The translations under genes were made by a program, and so were the position numbers. From an uncultured Dehalococcoidales bacterium (GTDB taxonomy: Bacteria; Chloroflexota; Dehalococcoidia; Dehalococcoidales; CAYFFA01): 39,354 nt of DNA. Location: positions 1 to 39,354 of the forward strand of contig CAYFFA010000002.1 of NCBI GenBank assembly GCA_964342375.1. The letters are read 5' to 3'. Positions 1 through 8,698 of this stretch are shown here, piece by piece. How positions within the stretch are numbered: position 1 is the stretch's first letter; each line of letters starts with the position of its first letter. A model generated the notes under the pieces. That model saw nothing but the letters and a program-made list of their open reading frames with translations. It did not search any database and had not been told where the DNA came from.

Positions 1-380
1 TGGTGGGCAGCCGGCCCTATTTCGCTGATGTCGAGCTTACCGATGACCATCTGGACGGGTTGGCCCACCGCTACTTAGTAGATCTCAAACACCCCCGCAC
101 TTTTGTGGCGACCCCTGTTGACTCGACCAAAAAAATTTACCTGGAAGACCTGGAAAACAGGTTCCATTATGTAAAAGATTATGCCGAAGAATGGAACGCC
201 AACGGGGTTGTCCTGGAGACGATGCGGTATTGTGATGTTTATGGCTACGATGTGCCCGCGCTCCGAGATTATCTTGATAACGTTGGTTTGCCAAACACCC
301 ACATTGAATGGGACTACAGCGAGGCAGCTCTGGCGCCACTGAGGACAAGAATTCAAGCCTTCGTTGAGGTAGTTGGCTAG
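1..380 (+). CDS. C-terminal part of a 2-hydroxyacyl-CoA dehydratase / benzoyl-CoA reductase B/C-type (HGD-D family) subunit; the 5' end is cut by the window edge
   Basis: Frame 3 is open from the window edge to TAG 378-380. The tail (...ETMRYCDVYGYDVPALRDYLDNVGLP...) resembles HgdB/BcrB-type C-termini as I remember them. It is followed directly by two BcrAD/HgdC-type ATPase genes, so the family call rests partly on context. Confidence 0.5.
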   Translation, partial: VGSRPYFADVELTDDHLDGLAHRYLVDLKHPRTFVATPVDSTKKIYLEDLENRFHYVKDYAEEWNANGVVLETMRYCDVYGYDVPALRDYLDNVGLPNTHIEWDYSEAALAPLRTRIQAFVEVVG

Positions 381-1278
381 GGACTGTCCCACTTATAACC
401 GAAGCAATGCGATAATTCAACAGGAGGGGTTTGCTATCTTTTTTGCTGGGGTTGATATAGGTTCCACCATGACCAAGGTGGTGATTCTGGATGCGGATGG
501 GGCAATGCGTGCCCATATCGCCAGCACCACCGGTGCCGAGCACTGCCGGTTGGCCAACAAAGTAATGGAAGAGGTGTTAAAGCAGGCCAATCTACCATTC
601 GATGAGATAACTTATGTGGTAGCTACCGGCTACGGGAGAATCAATGTCCCCTTTGCTGACCGTCAGGTAACAGAGTTAACCTGCCATGCCAAGGGGGTAG
701 CCAGCATCTTTCCGTCTGTCAAAACAGCTCTTGATATTGGGGGGCAGGACGCTAAAGGGCTCAAGATAAGGGATGGCAGGCTGGTTGATTTCGTCATGAA
801 TGATAAGTGCGCGGCGGGAACAGGCAGGTTTCTCGAAGTTCTAGCTGATACTCTTGGCCTTCAGGTGGAGGAGCTGGGAAGTATTTCCTCAAAATCCGGG
901 GAAAAACTGAACATCAGTAATACCTGTACCGTTTTTGCCCAGATAGAGGTGGTATCCCGCCTCTCTGACGGGATACCGGTGGAAGATATCATAGCCGGAG
1001 TTCACGACGCCATAGCCAGAAAGGCAGTCAATATGATTAAGCGGTTAAAGGTAGAGCCCGAAGTGGTGTTGACCGGAGGCGTAGCTAAGAATACCGGGAT
1101 GGTAGAAGCGGTGAGTGCGAATCTGGGATGTGAGGTTCGCGTGCCTGAGGACCCGCTTCTTAGCGGGGCGCTTGGCGCTGCCATTTTGGGGAAGGACTAT
1201 ACGCTTAAAGCCCAGAAAAGAGGCGAGCCTGTTCAGAGGAAGGAGCGGCGTCTGGAAGAGGCTACCTTCTTCGAATAA
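373..1278 (+). CDS. BcrAD/BadFG/HgdC-family ATPase (electron-activating ASKHA ATPase), copy 1
   Basis: It has the GVDIGSTMTKVV phosphate-1 motif, plus NDKCAAGTGRFLE and NTCTVFA, which carry the two Cys that bridge the [4Fe-4S] cluster in HgdC-type proteins. The stop is TAA. The start is uncertain: TTG 373 gives an N-terminal extension of about 20 aa, while the AGGAGG at 422-427 sits 8 nt before an in-frame ATC at 436. Confidence 0.85.
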   Translation: MARDCPTYNRSNAIIQQEGFAIFFAGVDIGSTMTKVVILDADGAMRAHIASTTGAEHCRLANKVMEEVLKQANLPFDEITYVVATGYGRINVPFADRQVTELTCHAKGVASIFPSVKTALDIGGQDAKGLKIRDGRLVDFVMNDKCAAGTGRFLEVLADTLGLQVEELGSISSKSGEKLNISNTCTVFAQIEVVSRLSDGIPVEDIIAGVHDAIARKAVNMIKRLKVEPEVVLTGGVAKNTGMVEAVSANLGCEVRVPEDPLLSGALGAAILGKDYTLKAQKRGEPVQRKERRLEEATFFE

Positions 1279-1289
1279 GGAGTCTTAGC

Positions 1290-2078
1290 ATGGCTTGGTT
1301 TATGGGCATTGACATTGGTTCAGGAACCAGCAAGGGAGTTATAACCAGTGACGGTAAGCTTTCAGTTCGCCATGTGCTTCCTTCCGGTGTAAATTACCAT
1401 GCAACAGCACAAAGATTAAGAGACGAGCTTCTGGCAAAGGCAGGGCTATCCCCGGAGGATATAGCTTATACTATAGCCACCGGTCACGGTGCGGACAACA
1501 TTTCTTTCAGCGCCGGAAAGATAGATGATATTCGTTGCTGCGCCAGGGGAATAAGCAGCATTTTCCATTCAGTGAGGACGGTCATTGATATACAGGGGAT
1601 GTCCAGTCAGGTAATTCGGCTCAATGATAAGGGGCAGACGCTTAATTTCGTGGTCAGCGAGAAGTGTGCTGCCGGCAGCGGGCGCTTCCTTGATGTCATT
1701 GCGAATATCCTGCGGATAGACCTCAAAGATATTGGGACGCTCTCCCTCAAGTCCAAGAACCCGGTTGCCTTCACTACCGGGTGTGCCGTTTTTGGGGAAT
1801 CAGAGGCTATCTCCAGAGTATCCGAAGGCGCCTCCATAGAAGATATCCTGGCTGGAGTCCATGAAGCACTGGCGAACAAGATTTCCTCTCTCGCAGGTAG
1901 GATTGGTGTGGAGAAGGACTGTGCTATCAGCGGCGGCGGTGCCCTCGATGTTGGACTTGTCAAAAGCGTGGGAGAGAAGCTTGGGATTCAGCTGCTGGTG
2001 CCGCCTCAACCCCAGCTCGTTACCGCCTTGGGTGCTGCCATAATGGCTGAAGAGAGGCATAAGGGCGATACCAAATAA
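1290..2078 (+). CDS. BcrAD/BadFG/HgdC-family ATPase, copy 2 (distinct paralog)
   Basis: The start is ATG with AAGGAG 7 nt upstream. It has GIDIGSGTSKG, SEKCAAGSGRFLD and TGCAVFGESE motifs, so the Cys pair is retained. It lies 11 nt downstream of copy 1. Confidence 0.85.
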   Translation: MAWFMGIDIGSGTSKGVITSDGKLSVRHVLPSGVNYHATAQRLRDELLAKAGLSPEDIAYTIATGHGADNISFSAGKIDDIRCCARGISSIFHSVRTVIDIQGMSSQVIRLNDKGQTLNFVVSEKCAAGSGRFLDVIANILRIDLKDIGTLSLKSKNPVAFTTGCAVFGESEAISRVSEGASIEDILAGVHEALANKISSLAGRIGVEKDCAISGGGALDVGLVKSVGEKLGIQLLVPPQPQLVTALGAAIMAEERHKGDTK

Positions 2079-2122
2079 CTGCACAGAGTACAGACTGTTT
2101 AATTATCTTCAGGAGGTAGGTT

Positions 2123-2557
2123 ATGGCAGAAAAAGAATCATCTATTCTGGATAAGCTCGGGGTCGACATCGGCTTCAAAACCACCCATGCGAAGACCATC
2201 ACCGAAGCTGATATCGACCTTTTTGCCGAGGTCTCCGGGGACTTCAACCCTGTTCATGTGAATGAAGAGTATGCCAAGAAGACCTTCTTCGAAGGTAGGA
2301 TTGCTCATGGGGCATTTTCCTGAGCATTGCTCTCGGCGGCAGTGGCTAAACTCCTTGGTCTGGTTATATTTCTTTCCCAGTCGGTCAAGTTCCTGCAGCC
2401 GGTGCGAATCGGTGATACCATAACAGCTGAAGCCGAGGTAACAGAAACACGCCGGGACAAGGGAATTGTAACCCTGAAAAATATCTGTGTAAATCAAAAT
2501 GGAGAGACAATAGTGGAAGTGGGAGCCGCGATGAGATTCTTTGAGGGGCTCTCTTAG
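2123..2557 (+). pseudogene. MaoC-like (R)-specific enoyl-CoA hydratase (hot-dog fold) interrupted by an in-frame TGA at 2321-2323
   Basis: ORFs 2123-2323 and 2327-2557 are in the same frame. Joined, they give a single MaoC domain of about 143 aa, with the FAEVSGDFNPVHV hydratase motif in the first half and a typical hot-dog C-terminal half. AGGAGG lies upstream of the ATG. Confidence 0.75.
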
Positions 2558-2567
2558 CTCAGGCTTC

Positions 2568-2972
2568 TTATTGCTTAACAGCTATAGCGTCCTCGATGCA
2601 GGAAACTATTTCTTCTTTGGTTGCTGATAAGAATGTGCCGCTAAACCCCATCTCTTTTAGCTTGGGGATATCCGCAGGCGGGAATATCCCTCCGAGGAGG
2701 AATACTGTCCGCTCCTTTATACCTTTCTTCTCAGCCTCCTTGAGCAGCACATCACCAAGGACTAACTCACCACCGCAATAGGTGCTTATCCCAACCACAT
2801 CCACATACTCTTGAACGGCTGTGTCAATTATCTGTTCTGGCCGGGCGTTGCCCATCAAGACCACTTCCATCCCCGCATCCTTGAGCATGCCGGCCACGGT
2901 AAGCAGACCTCTACTGTGGGTCTCTAACGAAAACTGAGCTAATAACACTTTGACTTTACCCTGTTTTGTCAT
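2568..2972 (-). CDS. Cobalamin (B12)-binding small subunit of an acyl-CoA mutase
   Basis: The 134-aa protein has a Rossmann-like B12-binding domain. LETHSRG sits at the DxHxxG position, GISTYCGG at the SxL...GG region, and LLGGIFP is present. It lies 25 nt downstream of the mutase large subunit. Confidence 0.85.
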   Translation of the reverse strand: MTKQGKVKVLLAQFSLETHSRGLLTVAGMLKDAGMEVVLMGNARPEQIIDTAVQEYVDVVGISTYCGGELVLGDVLLKEAEKKGIKERTVFLLGGIFPPADIPKLKEMGFSGTFLSATKEEIVSCIEDAIAVKQ

Positions 2973-2997
2973 AATCTTCTAACCTCTGAGTCATATG

Positions 2998-4758
2998 TTA
3001 TACAAATATGGGCGATTTCCATGTACCAAAGGCTTCGGTAAAGGCTCGGCGCATTTCCCCTTCGGTAACATCGGCTCTGGCGCATTCAACACAGGCCGCC
3101 ATCACGTTATCGCCCCGCTTACACACTTCTACTAAAGCTGTAATAGTATTACTCGCCTTTTCGTTGTCCCTTCGCATCCTTAGCCTGGCTAGCTTGTCTC
3201 GCATCTCTTTGGCTAGATTCTCATCGTATTCTTGAACCCAGACATCAGGCGTCTTCAGGTCAGGGTCTCTGAAATAGTTACGCGCTACTACTTTTATTGT
3301 GCCATCAGCAATCATCTGTTGCTCACGCTCAATATATTTGGTAATCTTACGATGTAGCCAGCCACTGGCGACAACTTCCACTAGGCTACCCATCTTCTCA
3401 ATCTCATCTATTTCCTCAATAATCTTTCGTTCTACATTATTGGTAAGTGCTTCCACATAAAAGGAGCCGCCCAGCGGGTCAACTACCTGAGTAGCTTGCG
3501 TCTCCACTTCGAGAATCTGCTGGTTGCGCAATGACAGGATTGAAGATTCTTCCGATGGGACTGAATAGGCTTCATCATAGCCATCTATATTGAGAGACTG
3601 AGCGCCGCCCAGTACTGCCGCCAGCCCGTGGTAAGAGGCTCTGATAACATTACTCAGCGGCTCTTCCCTTTGCAGTGAGACGCCCGAAGTTTGCATATGG
3701 CATCTCATCCACATGGACCTCGGCTGTTGGGCATTGAATCGATACCTCATTATCCTGTACCAGAGCCGCCTCACTGCCCGAAGACGGGCAATTTCTTCGA
3801 AGAAGTCATTGGCTGGAGCCCAGAAGAAGGCTAGCCTTTGTGCTGCCCAGTCAATATCATGACCTCTTCTGGCCATCTCTTCAAGGGTTTCAATTCCGTT
3901 AGCCACAGCCACTGCCATCTCGGTAATACCTGAGGTTCCCCACTCCCGTAGGTTATAGCCGTTCAAGGTAGCATAATTCCATAACGGCACGTTTTGTCTG
4001 AGGAACTCTATGTTGTCGCACTGTACTCTGAAATCATCTCTGGGCGGTATATATTCCGAAGCGCTACGGACGACACTTTCCATTATGAAATCGTTCTGCA
4101 CACTGCCCGGTAACTTATCCCAGGGGATGCCACGGCGTTCGGCCATTACCAGATACATGGGAAATACTATTGCAGTATTTCTGGGGTAATGGGTAACTAT
4201 GGAAGCGCTTATTTTATCCAGGGGAATATCCCTGTAGATTACTTCCATGTCTTCCACGCAGTCAACCGGAACGCCGACAGTTCCTACTTGCCCCAGGGCT
4301 TCAGGCTCGTCCGAGTCAAACATCTGAACTGTAGCCAGGTCAAGAGCCAGGTTTGTTCCGGTGGCGCCGTGTTCGAGGAGCATCTTAATTCTTTTGTTCA
4401 CGTATTCGGGGGAGCCTGAAGCGGACAATTGCCGAATAGTAAATGATCTGCCCCGGTACATATTGGGATGGACGCCACGGGTAAAGGGTTCCTCCCCGGA
4501 AAAACCTAAATCTCCTTCATAATCAACCTCAGCATTATCAAGCGGGGTATAGAGTAGGCCCCGTGGTATTTCTGAACCTAGAATAGTATGAGGCGTAACC
4601 GTCCAGTTCTCCCGGTCTTTCTCCCGAACCACCGTATTCTTCCACCGCTCCAGATCTGCTTTCATCTTTTCCAGAGCTTTCGGGTTATATAGAGGGATGT
4701 GCTCCCCGGAGGCTAACTTTTCCTCTAAAATTTCCTTTGTGGTTTTTCCATCATTCAT
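2998..4758 (-). CDS. Methylmalonyl-CoA mutase-family large (catalytic, TIM-barrel) subunit; substrate specificity unclear
   Basis: The 586-aa protein carries FTRGVHPNMYRGR..TIRQ, GSVQNDFI..VVR, WNYATLNGY..E.G, QTSGVSL and DPLGGS.YVE blocks. These are collinear with MutB-type mutases. Confidence 0.9.
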   Translation of the reverse strand: MNDGKTTKEILEEKLASGEHIPLYNPKALEKMKADLERWKNTVVREKDRENWTVTPHTILGSEIPRGLLYTPLDNAEVDYEGDLGFSGEEPFTRGVHPNMYRGRSFTIRQLSASGSPEYVNKRIKMLLEHGATGTNLALDLATVQMFDSDEPEALGQVGTVGVPVDCVEDMEVIYRDIPLDKISASIVTHYPRNTAIVFPMYLVMAERRGIPWDKLPGSVQNDFIMESVVRSASEYIPPRDDFRVQCDNIEFLRQNVPLWNYATLNGYNLREWGTSGITEMAVAVANGIETLEEMARRGHDIDWAAQRLAFFWAPANDFFEEIARLRAVRRLWYRIMRYRFNAQQPRSMWMRCHMQTSGVSLQREEPLSNVIRASYHGLAAVLGGAQSLNIDGYDEAYSVPSEESSILSLRNQQILEVETQATQVVDPLGGSFYVEALTNNVERKIIEEIDEIEKMGSLVEVVASGWLHRKITKYIEREQQMIADGTIKVVARNYFRDPDLKTPDVWVQEYDENLAKEMRDKLARLRMRRDNEKASNTITALVEVCKRGDNVMAACVECARADVTEGEMRRAFTEAFGTWKSPIFV

Positions 4759-4793
4759 TTTATTGATTCCTTGTTAGGGTCCTTGGTCGGGTA

Positions 4794-5939
4794 TCAGCTT
4801 TCTTTAATGAGCTGCTTGGCAATAGTCATTCGCTGCATCTCGGATGTACCTTCATAGATTTCTGTAATTTTAGCATCACGGAGATAGCGCTCCAGGGGAT
4901 AGTCCTTAACATAGCCATAACCCCCGTATATCTGGATGGCTTTATTGGTTACTGATCTGGACACTTCTGTTGCAAAAACCTTAGCCATAGATGCTTCTTT
5001 AACAAAGGGTAAGTGTTTGTCCTGGAGATAGGCCGCTCGGTAGGTTAGTAGGCGAGCCGCATCAATCTCAGTGGCCATATCAGCTAACATCCATTGAATT
5101 GCCTGAAAGTTGGCAATAGGTTGGCCGAATTGTTGCCGCTCTTTGGCATGGGCTAAAGCTTTATCAAAAGCCCCCTGGGCGATACCTACTGCCTGGGCGG
5201 CGACGGTAACCCTGCTTGCATCTATGGCATTGAGGGCTATCTTAAATCCTTCCCCCTCGTTGCCCAGACGGTTTTCCTCGGGCACAAAGCAGTCTTCAAA
5301 TAGCAGTTCAGTTGTTGATGAAGCTCGTATGCCCAATTTATTCTCATGCTTGCCTACGGAAAAACCGGGGCTCTCTTTCTCAACAATAAAGGCTGCAACC
5401 CCCTTATGTCTTAGTGACTTATCAAGAGTAGCAAAAACCAATATGATATCAGCCTCGGCTCCATTAGTGATAAATATTTTGGTTCCATTAAGGATATAAC
5501 CATTGTCGTGTCTGGTGGCAGCGGTCTCCAGGGCAGCCGGGTCACTGCCGGCGCCAGCTTCGGTCAGGGCAAAACAGGTTAGTTTCTCTCCCTGCGCTAC
5601 TGGGACCACAATACGCTGCCTTTGCTCTTCGTTGCTAAATACATGCAAAGGCTTTCCGGCAAGTCCCGCGGTGACAAGATAGATGGTAGCCGTGGAAGCA
5701 CAGACTCGGGCAAGCTCTTCTTCAGCAATAACAAAGCTAAGTTCACCTCCACCACTGCCGCCGTATTCCTCTGGGAAAGGAATGCCCATCAGCCCGAGCT
5801 CAGCCATCTTCTTGACACTCTCGGCAGGAAATCTGGCCTCCTCATCTATTTGAGCGGCAATCGGCTCCAACTCCTTGGCGGCGAAATCTTGAACCATCGC
5901 CTTGAGCATTTTCTGCTCTTCAGTTAACGAAAAATTCAT
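4794..5939 (-). CDS. Acyl-CoA dehydrogenase (short/medium-chain type)
   Basis: The 381-aa protein has LTEAGAGSD and QIYGGYGY..DYPLERYLRDAKITEIYEGTSEMQ, which are classic ACAD signatures. Confidence 0.9.
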   Translation of the reverse strand: MNFSLTEEQKMLKAMVQDFAAKELEPIAAQIDEEARFPAESVKKMAELGLMGIPFPEEYGGSGGGELSFVIAEEELARVCASTATIYLVTAGLAGKPLHVFSNEEQRQRIVVPVAQGEKLTCFALTEAGAGSDPAALETAATRHDNGYILNGTKIFITNGAEADIILVFATLDKSLRHKGVAAFIVEKESPGFSVGKHENKLGIRASSTTELLFEDCFVPEENRLGNEGEGFKIALNAIDASRVTVAAQAVGIAQGAFDKALAHAKERQQFGQPIANFQAIQWMLADMATEIDAARLLTYRAAYLQDKHLPFVKEASMAKVFATEVSRSVTNKAIQIYGGYGYVKDYPLERYLRDAKITEIYEGTSEMQRMTIAKQLIKES

Positions 5940-5988
5940 GCTTATCCCCTGTGTTTTTGCTTTTTGTCTCCGGTCTACGGGTTGTGGC

Positions 5989-6957
5989 CTAGTTAAAATG
6001 TTTGCTCAACTGGTCAATAATCTTCAGTGCGGAGGAGTGGGGATTCACTTTTTTCTGGGCTAGATCGTCTACCAGCTTTTCCAAGGAGCCCCCCTCTTTT
6101 TCAAACTCATGGTAACAGTAAAGCTTTACAAAGCTTTCTATAGTCTCAATCAATTCTTCTTTAGCTCTCTCCCTCCTCCGTTTCTCAAGTTCATCGCTGG
6201 AAAACAGGAATTCTTTATGTTTGAGAATTGCCCCAACCAATTCGTCTGTGCCCTTACCCGAGATTGCTTCAGTTAGGATTATACGCGGCTTCCATTCGCT
6301 GTGATGATAAGTCCTCATTCCGAGCATGAGTTCTATTCCCATGGCTACATTATCCGCCCCACCTTTGTCTGCCTTGTTTACGACAAAGATATCAGCCGCT
6401 TCCAGGATACCGGCCTTCATCATTTGCATTTCATCTCCTGCCCCGGGAGACATAGCCAGAATAGCTGTATCCGCAACTTTGGTGATCTCTATTTCCGATT
6501 GTCCTGAGCCTACGGTTTCTACCAGGATAATGTCCTTGCCCATGGCATCCATAATATGAATCATGCCTAGTGTAGCCTTTGCCAGCCCCCCTCTCCAGCC
6601 TCTTGTAGCCATGCTTCTGATAAATACATCCTGATCTGTGCTGTACTGCTGCATCCTCACCCTGTCCCCCAGTATAGCGCCGCCGGTAAAGGGGCTCGTC
6701 GGGTCAACGGCAATAACTCCCACGGTCATACTTGTCTTTCTGAAGGCACCAATTAGGGTATCAACCAGTGTGCTCTTGCCTACACCAGGGGTACCGGTCA
6801 GCCCCACTATATAAGCTTTTCCTGTGTGAGGATAGAGACCGTCCAATTCGTCAATTGCGCTTGGTATTTCGTCTTCCACGTTTCGCATTAACCTGGCAGC
6901 GGCTCGAATGTTGCCTTCCAGTATCTTCTCAGCTAGTTCCATATATTTACCATTCAA
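5989..6957 (-). CDS. meaB: MeaB/ArgK-type G-protein chaperone for B12-dependent mutases
   Basis: It has the GTPGVGKST P-loop, VETVGSGQSE, and NKADK (the NKxD motif). It sits inside the mutase operon. Confidence 0.9.
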   Translation of the reverse strand: MNGKYMELAEKILEGNIRAAARLMRNVEDEIPSAIDELDGLYPHTGKAYIVGLTGTPGVGKSTLVDTLIGAFRKTSMTVGVIAVDPTSPFTGGAILGDRVRMQQYSTDQDVFIRSMATRGWRGGLAKATLGMIHIMDAMGKDIILVETVGSGQSEIEITKVADTAILAMSPGAGDEMQMMKAGILEAADIFVVNKADKGGADNVAMGIELMLGMRTYHHSEWKPRIILTEAISGKGTDELVGAILKHKEFLFSSDELEKRRRERAKEELIETIESFVKLYCYHEFEKEGGSLEKLVDDLAQKKVNPHSSALKIIDQLSKHFN

Positions 6958-7050
6958 GACCTGTTTGACGGTCTTGTCCTCCCTTTTTCTAGTCTATTAT
7001 CTCCTCCACGGGTGTGCTTGGCAGGATTCAAAATCAATCGGCCAGAGCGC

Positions 7051-8607
7051 TCAGGCTTTACCATGTTGTTCTCGCAGTACCCTCTTGAGCACTTTACCCA
7101 TAGGGTTGCGCGGAAGTTTATATATAAAAACGACTGACCTTGGTCTCTTGAAACTGGCTATTCTGGCCCGGCAATACTCCATTATCTCCTCAGGCGCGGC
7201 TGTCTCCCCCTTTTTGATGACCACCACTGCCATGGGCTGCTCACCCCATTCCTCGTCAGGAACACCAATTACCGCTGCCTCCTCAATCTTGGGATGAGAA
7301 TGCAATACCGCTTCTACCTCCTCGGGAGCGATATTTTCCCCTCCTCTGATAATCATGTCCGTTGTCCTGCCCGCCAGGAAGAAGTAACCGTCTTCATCCA
7401 TATAGCCCATATCACCGGTATGGACCCATCCGTCTGTATCGATAGTCTTTTCCGTCTTTTCCTGGTCTTTCCAGTAGCCGCTCATCACCCTGGGTCCTCT
7501 GGCTACAATCTCGCCTGTCTCTCCGGAGGATAGCTCATGACCCTCTTCATCCACTATCTTCATCTCAATATCGGGCATAGGTTTACCAATTGAAGAAAGC
7601 CTCTTCAGCTTCTTTCCCCGTTCCTCTTCGCTTCCATTAAGGACGTGGTCTGCAGGGCTCAGCGTGGTAATAGTTGATGCAGTCTCCGTCTGGCCAAAGG
7701 CATTTATGAAGCTAACGCCGGGAAAGGTATCTAATGCCTTTTTTATGACTTCAAGGGGCATTGGGGCAGCACCGTAGGTTATGACTTTCAGACTGCTCAA
7801 GTCACGCTTACCGAAGTCAGGATGGTCTAACAATTGTTTTAGCATGGTGGGAACCATCATAGCCCGGTTAGCCTTCTCCTTTTCCACCAACTCCATCCAC
7901 GCACCGGGCTCGAACTGGCGTTCCATAAGAAGGGTTCGCCCCCCGTAAATCGCTGCCATCATCGCCTGAATCCCGGCTACATGGTACAGAGGAACGGTAA
8001 TGGTATTTCTCTCCTCAAGCTCCGGGTCCGCCGGGGTTACATTCTCCAGCACATAAATGGAAAAGCTGTTATGAGATAGCATAACCCCTTTGGGAAAGCC
8101 TGTAGTGCCAGCGGTGTACATCAGTATGGTGGTATCATCATCATCGATTTCGGCCACTATTTCCTCAGCAGGGGCTGATGAGAGCATATCTTCATAATAC
8201 AGCATACCATTGCGTTGACCATCTATTGATATGTAATGACTCACCGAGGTCAGGTCGGGTTTTATGGAGTTCGTCAGGTCAATGTACCGTTCACCTGCAA
8301 AGAGAACAGAGGCTTCCGAGCTATTGAGCATGTAGGCGAGCTCATCCCCTTTAGCTCTGAAGTTTAGTGGAACGTGGATAGCTCCAATTTTCGCCACGGC
8401 AAAATAGGCCTCCACACATTGGTTGCAGTTGACTTGCAGCATGGCTACCCTGTCACCATTTTTCACTCCCAGGTTTGATAAGGCGTTAGCCAGCCTGGCC
8501 ACTCGCTCATTTAGCTGGCTGAAGGTAAGCCTTTTTTCTTCAAAGATAATGGCTACCCTATCTGGGCAAATGGAAGTAGATATATTGAGAAAGTCAGCGG
8601 TATTCAT
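7051..8607 (-). CDS. AMP-forming acyl-CoA synthetase/ligase (ANL superfamily)
   Basis: The 518-aa protein has the YTAGTTGFPKGVMLSH AMP-binding motif, GWVHTGDMGYMDEDGYFFLAGR, and a C-terminal GK. GGGGAGG lies upstream of the ATG. Confidence 0.9.
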   Translation of the reverse strand: MNTADFLNISTSICPDRVAIIFEEKRLTFSQLNERVARLANALSNLGVKNGDRVAMLQVNCNQCVEAYFAVAKIGAIHVPLNFRAKGDELAYMLNSSEASVLFAGERYIDLTNSIKPDLTSVSHYISIDGQRNGMLYYEDMLSSAPAEEIVAEIDDDDTTILMYTAGTTGFPKGVMLSHNSFSIYVLENVTPADPELEERNTITVPLYHVAGIQAMMAAIYGGRTLLMERQFEPGAWMELVEKEKANRAMMVPTMLKQLLDHPDFGKRDLSSLKVITYGAAPMPLEVIKKALDTFPGVSFINAFGQTETASTITTLSPADHVLNGSEEERGKKLKRLSSIGKPMPDIEMKIVDEEGHELSSGETGEIVARGPRVMSGYWKDQEKTEKTIDTDGWVHTGDMGYMDEDGYFFLAGRTTDMIIRGGENIAPEEVEAVLHSHPKIEEAAVIGVPDEEWGEQPMAVVVIKKGETAAPEEIMEYCRARIASFKRPRSVVFIYKLPRNPMGKVLKRVLREQHGKA

Positions 8608-8653
8608 TTCACCTCCCCTGTGGCTTAACTTGATTACCTGTAACCAAATGGAT

Positions 8654-8682
8654 ATTTTAGTCTAAACCACTGGCAAAGTCAA
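8654..8682 (-). promoter_or_regulatory. Sigma70-like promoter for the ligase-meaB-acd-mutase operon
   Basis: The minus strand reads TTGACT (8682-8677), a 17-nt spacer, then TAAAAT (8659-8654). This is about 45 nt upstream of the ligase ATG at 8607. It was found by pattern only. Confidence 0.5.
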
Positions 8683-8698
8683 ACGTTGGCTTTTCCTT

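Noticed and set aside
85-543. 152-aa and 105-aa - strand ORFs at the left edge
   Set aside because: They are antisense to the HGD-D subunit tail and the start of the ATPase. Their composition is Pro/Gly/Ser/His-rich, typical of shadow frames.
2321-2323. TGA in the MaoC gene as evidence for an alternative genetic code (TGA = Gly/Trp) or selenocysteine
   Set aside because: TGA clearly terminates other well-conserved genes in the window (argC at 16102-16104, cobT at 26021-26023). I found no SECIS-like hairpin downstream, and the position is not a redox-active Cys site in MaoC proteins.
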